Below, in pieces: positions 35,602 to 39,225 of a stretch of 39,225 nucleotides of DNA (positions within the stretch are counted from its first letter, which is position 1; every line of letters starts with the position of its first letter). Source of the stretch: Octopus bimaculoides (Eukaryota); contig NC_068983.1 of NCBI RefSeq assembly GCF_001194135.2, positions 8,342,809-8,382,033 of the forward strand, given 5' to 3'. The notes under the pieces are model-generated. The model ran no database searches, was not told where the DNA came from, and saw nothing but the letters and a program-made list of their open reading frames with translations. The position numbers and the translations under genes are program-made.

Positions 35602-37232
35602 CTAAGAAAAACAATAACAACAACAGCAACAACGCTCACAAAAATAACAACAACCACAATCTCGCTGTGTGCTTTTCTCAGTAGATTACTGTACAAGCAA
35701 CAAACGAGCTACTACACTGTTGGCTGATTCGCTACGTCAGGTGGTTTCATGGCTACGAGACACATCGGAATTGAGTGGCATATTCTCAGATAATGTAACT
35801 AGATGAGAAATGGGATAGTCACGGCGGGAACACTTTTGATGATAGCGATGCTGAATCAGTACTCTCCAGTGACATATTAAAGAGAAAACAAATCAAAATT
35901 TGAGGGAAAATTGAGCATATTCTTTTTATGTATCACCGGTTCTTCTGCATCCATAAACAATCTAGACTAGACTATAAGACATTTCATGACACAATGATAA
36001 TATCAATAGGAACAAATATTGCGAATCATGTGAGAGTATAATTACAAAGTATCATATTTATCATGCATTATATTAACAATCTAAGATTCATAATAGCATC
36101 TAACTATATTATTTTATGGTAGCTTTTAAAGGATATGCAGTTAGGCCAATTAGAAGCAGTTTTAAGGCAAATTCTGTTTTGGTTTCAGTCCATTTGTGAT
36201 ACTTGTCTACGTTCCCTCGATGATTAACGAAAAGAATGAAGAAATGTGGAGAATTTAAGCGATTAACATGAGATCCTTAAAAAAATATATATAATACCAA
36301 ATCCCCCACACAAGTATACATTTGTGAGTGTGTGGTCTGTGTGTATGCGGGAGTGTATACTTATATACGTGTTTATGAACGTATACTAATATACGTGTAT
36401 ATGAATGTAATTCTATGTATGAATATATATATACAAAATGTGTGTTTGTGTGCATGTGTGTCTGTGTGTGTGCGTGGACAAAACAATAGAGACAGTATGT
36501 TTTGGAATGATTATGTTTAATGTAGTAAAAAACAATATAGATTAGATTTAATATCTATACTAACAAAATCTCTGGATATGATGTTTAATAGAGAAAAGGA
36601 ATATCTACCTAAAATATCAAGATATAAATGTTAGGTTAAAATTCACCTGACAGTAAATCAAAACCATTTAATTCCAAGATTTATTTATATTTAACTACTG
36701 AATGAATTTAATAAAAGCATTTAAATGTGAAACAACATGAAAATACTTCAAACTGAAGAAATTCTTGAGCGACACGTTTTTCCAAATGAATAAATAAAAT
36801 TGAATATTAAGTATTTATGGAATTTTGATCTACTGACGGGTTACTTTTTGCAAACCCTATATGTTAAAGTAAAACTACACAATATTTCAATATTGTTTCA
36901 ATTGTTTAAATAACTTACAAAATGACATATATAAACATCTTCGAAAATGTAGTTAACTAGGAAGAATCAATCTGGTAAGAAATGTATTACAGTTCTTGAA
37001 TAAGCGTCGGAAAGTAAATAAGTTAAAAAGAAAAAAAAAATGTTTCAGAATCCCAAATTACTGTTGTTTGTAATTCACTCATAAAGCATAAAAAAAAAAA
37101 TCGATGTTAAGAACTATGAAACAGGAAAGGAAATAATGATAGTAGTGAAATCTGAGACAGGCATAGTGCGAAAACATCGTATGTTTGGGTTTTCGGTTGA
37201 ACGATCGACAAAACTGTCTCCAGTATTGACTG

Positions 37233-37235
<3 letters not shown>

Positions 37236-37297
<62 letters not shown>

Positions 37298-37342
37298 TAA
37301 TAATAATAATAATAATATGATAATAATAATAATAATAATAAT
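37236..37342 (+). repeat. (AAT)n microsatellite
   Basis: Directly visible. Confidence 0.95.
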
Positions 37343-37759
37343 AAGAGGTATAAATATTTCAAATATTTGTACAACGACATATCATTTTTGGTTTCGGGTG
37401 TAAAGTTCATTGTATGGACATGAGAAATAGCATCTAGTTTATCAAAGGCGAAAGATAAGAGAGTAAGTCAAACCCGACAGCAATTTTTAACACAACGCAA
37501 ATGAATATATCAAACACTCTGCAAAGCGATACATCCGCACTTGAAGTAATTCTCACTACATTTCTGGCAACACATATCACATTTAATTTGGTTCGCAAAA
37601 TCGAATATAATCTTTAATTATACGTTCGAAAACACAAACACATACGTATACCAGCCTACACACATAAATATAGACACAATCATATGTATCTATATATATA
37701 TCTATATATATATATATATATAGGCGCATCATATATTTCTTTGATATCTTAATTGTGTC

Positions 37760-38050
37760 ACTCATCTGACTGCGGCCAGATTGCGGAGGTGAATTGATGA
37801 TTGTAGTTGAATGAATCTACCACAGTATTGTTCTTTTTTTCTAAGACTGAAACATTCTCTAACAGATTTTGTCGAACCGCTCGGTTACGGAGTTTTAAAC
37901 ACATTAACATCAGATATCAAGAGTTGGTGAGAGACAAACACAAACACAATGACATGGGCTCGCACGTACACACATGTACGTACGACGCGTGTTTTCAGGT
38001 TTCGTCTACCAAATCCACATACATGACCTCAGTCGGCCTAAAAATATAGT
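37760..38050 (-). mobile_element. Old, diverged SINE family A copy
   Basis: tgactgcggcca...gccgaaccgct.ggttacgg...gacaaacac...ttcgtctaccaaatccac. Confidence 0.65.
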
Positions 38051-38615
38051 TTTCACATACACAGAGGAAACGAGTACCAATTCTGTTGGATTTCGCACGG
38101 CTAAACAATTGTGAAGATGCTCACTTGAAACCCCTGGTTGCCTTATTAACTCATAAATAAAGTATACAAGCATTCACAGAATAGACACACACACACTCCC
38201 TCACACTAATATATCTATGCACACACACATATGTATAAACTTTTAAAAATTGTAAAGTATTTTTTGTACGCCGACGCTATTTTCACAAAATTGATAAGTT
38301 AGGCTCTTGTGCATTTTAAACTAATCTCAACTCCGTTATGCATACTAGAATAAACTATCTTTAAAATTCGAATTTCGGAAGTGTGGAAGTTTTAAAAATA
38401 ACTTGAAGAAAACCTCGTCAGTCATCATTGATACTGGGAACAGAAACGTAAAACAACAAACGGAATAAGAGCAAGTGACTATTGAAGGCAAACTGTAAAA
38501 AGGTTCTGCAATGAAATCGTTGCACTTTTAACCAACGTAAAAATGCAATTGTTTTTATCGTAAGTTGAATTTCGTTTATAAGTTTTACACGCACACAAAT
38601 ACAGAAATATACGTA

Positions 38616-39025
38616 TACTCTTTACTCTTTTACTTGTTTCAGTCGTTTGACTGCGGCCATGCTGGAGCACCGCCTTTTAGTCGAACAAATCGACCCCAGG
38701 ACTTATTCTTTGTAAGCCTAGTACTTATTCTATCGGTCTCTTTTTGCCGAATTGCTAGGTTACGGGGACGTATACACACCAGCATCGGTTGTCAAGCGAT
38801 GGTGGGGGGACAAACAGACGCACAAACACACATACATATATATATATATATATACATATATACGACGGGCTTCTTTCAGTTTCCGTCTACCAAATCCACT
38901 CACAAGGCTATGGTCTGCCCGAGGCTATAGTAGAAGACACTTGCCCAAAGTGCCACACAGTGGGACTGAACACAGAACCATGTGGTTGGTAAGCAAGCTA
39001 CTTACCACACAGCCACTCCTGCGCC
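38616..39025 (-). mobile_element. Full-length, young SINE family A (tRNA head, CORE-like segment, internal (TA)n(TG)n, 3' module, (GTAAAAGA)n tail)
   Basis: Complete reverse-complement copy from GGCGCAGGAGTGGCTGTGTGG to CAAGTAAAAGAGTAAAGAGTA. Serves as the reference for the other family-A pieces. Confidence 0.92.
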
Positions 39026-39225
39026 TACAAAATTTTTTAAATGAAATTCATTAGTATTCAAAAATATGATAAATAATATGAACGTATGTGTGTATGTATG
39101 GATGTATCTATGTATGTACTTGTGTGTCCGTGTGCGTCTGTCTACTTCTTTCTACACATGCACAAAGAAAATTTCTCACTTATGGATACATACACACACG
39201 CGCGCGTATATATATGTGTATATAT

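Noticed and set aside
35685-35903. Apparent plus-strand frame interrupted by one TGA (A-to-I stop recoding idea)
   Set aside because: On recount a TAG follows three codons later and the downstream peptide is in another frame.
24-39054. Most ORFs in the supplied track (poly-I/Y/N/T, YIYI, CVCV, HTHT, LSLS, poly-X)
   Set aside because: Translations of microsatellites, N-gaps or SINEs, not genes.
1-39225. CRISPR arrays, prokaryotic operons or defence systems, NUMT
   Set aside because: No repeat-spacer arrays, no gene-dense ORFs and no mitochondrial gene similarity seen. The sequence is metazoan repeat-rich nuclear DNA.

Overview
AT-rich, microsatellite-saturated eukaryotic draft-assembly sequence with 11 N-gaps. 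The SINE repertoire points to an octopod cephalopod genome (inference from recalled repeat families, not a database match). No complete protein-coding gene can be read, and almost all ORFs in the supplied track are artefacts of microsatellites, N-runs or SINEs. Supportable content: (i) decayed autonomous-element fragments, namely two diverged R4/Dong-type (RLE-endonuclease) non-LTR 3' ends that finish in (TAA)n arrays, an RTE-clade reverse-transcriptase fragment, and an internally deleted, one-end-truncated mariner; (ii) about 18 copies of at least four tRNA-headed SINE families (labelled A-D here for convenience); (iii) an orphan ~245-nt 18S rRNA V4 fragment; (iv) a Penelope-type minimal hammerhead-ribozyme-like motif; (v) a few low-confidence minus-strand exon candidates. 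I did not find a convincing new biological system. The most interesting observations are the hammerhead motif, a (GTA)n microsatellite that expanded in frame from Val codons of a retrotransposon endonuclease motif, module swapping between SINE families, the orphan rDNA piece and a possible duplicated exon pair.
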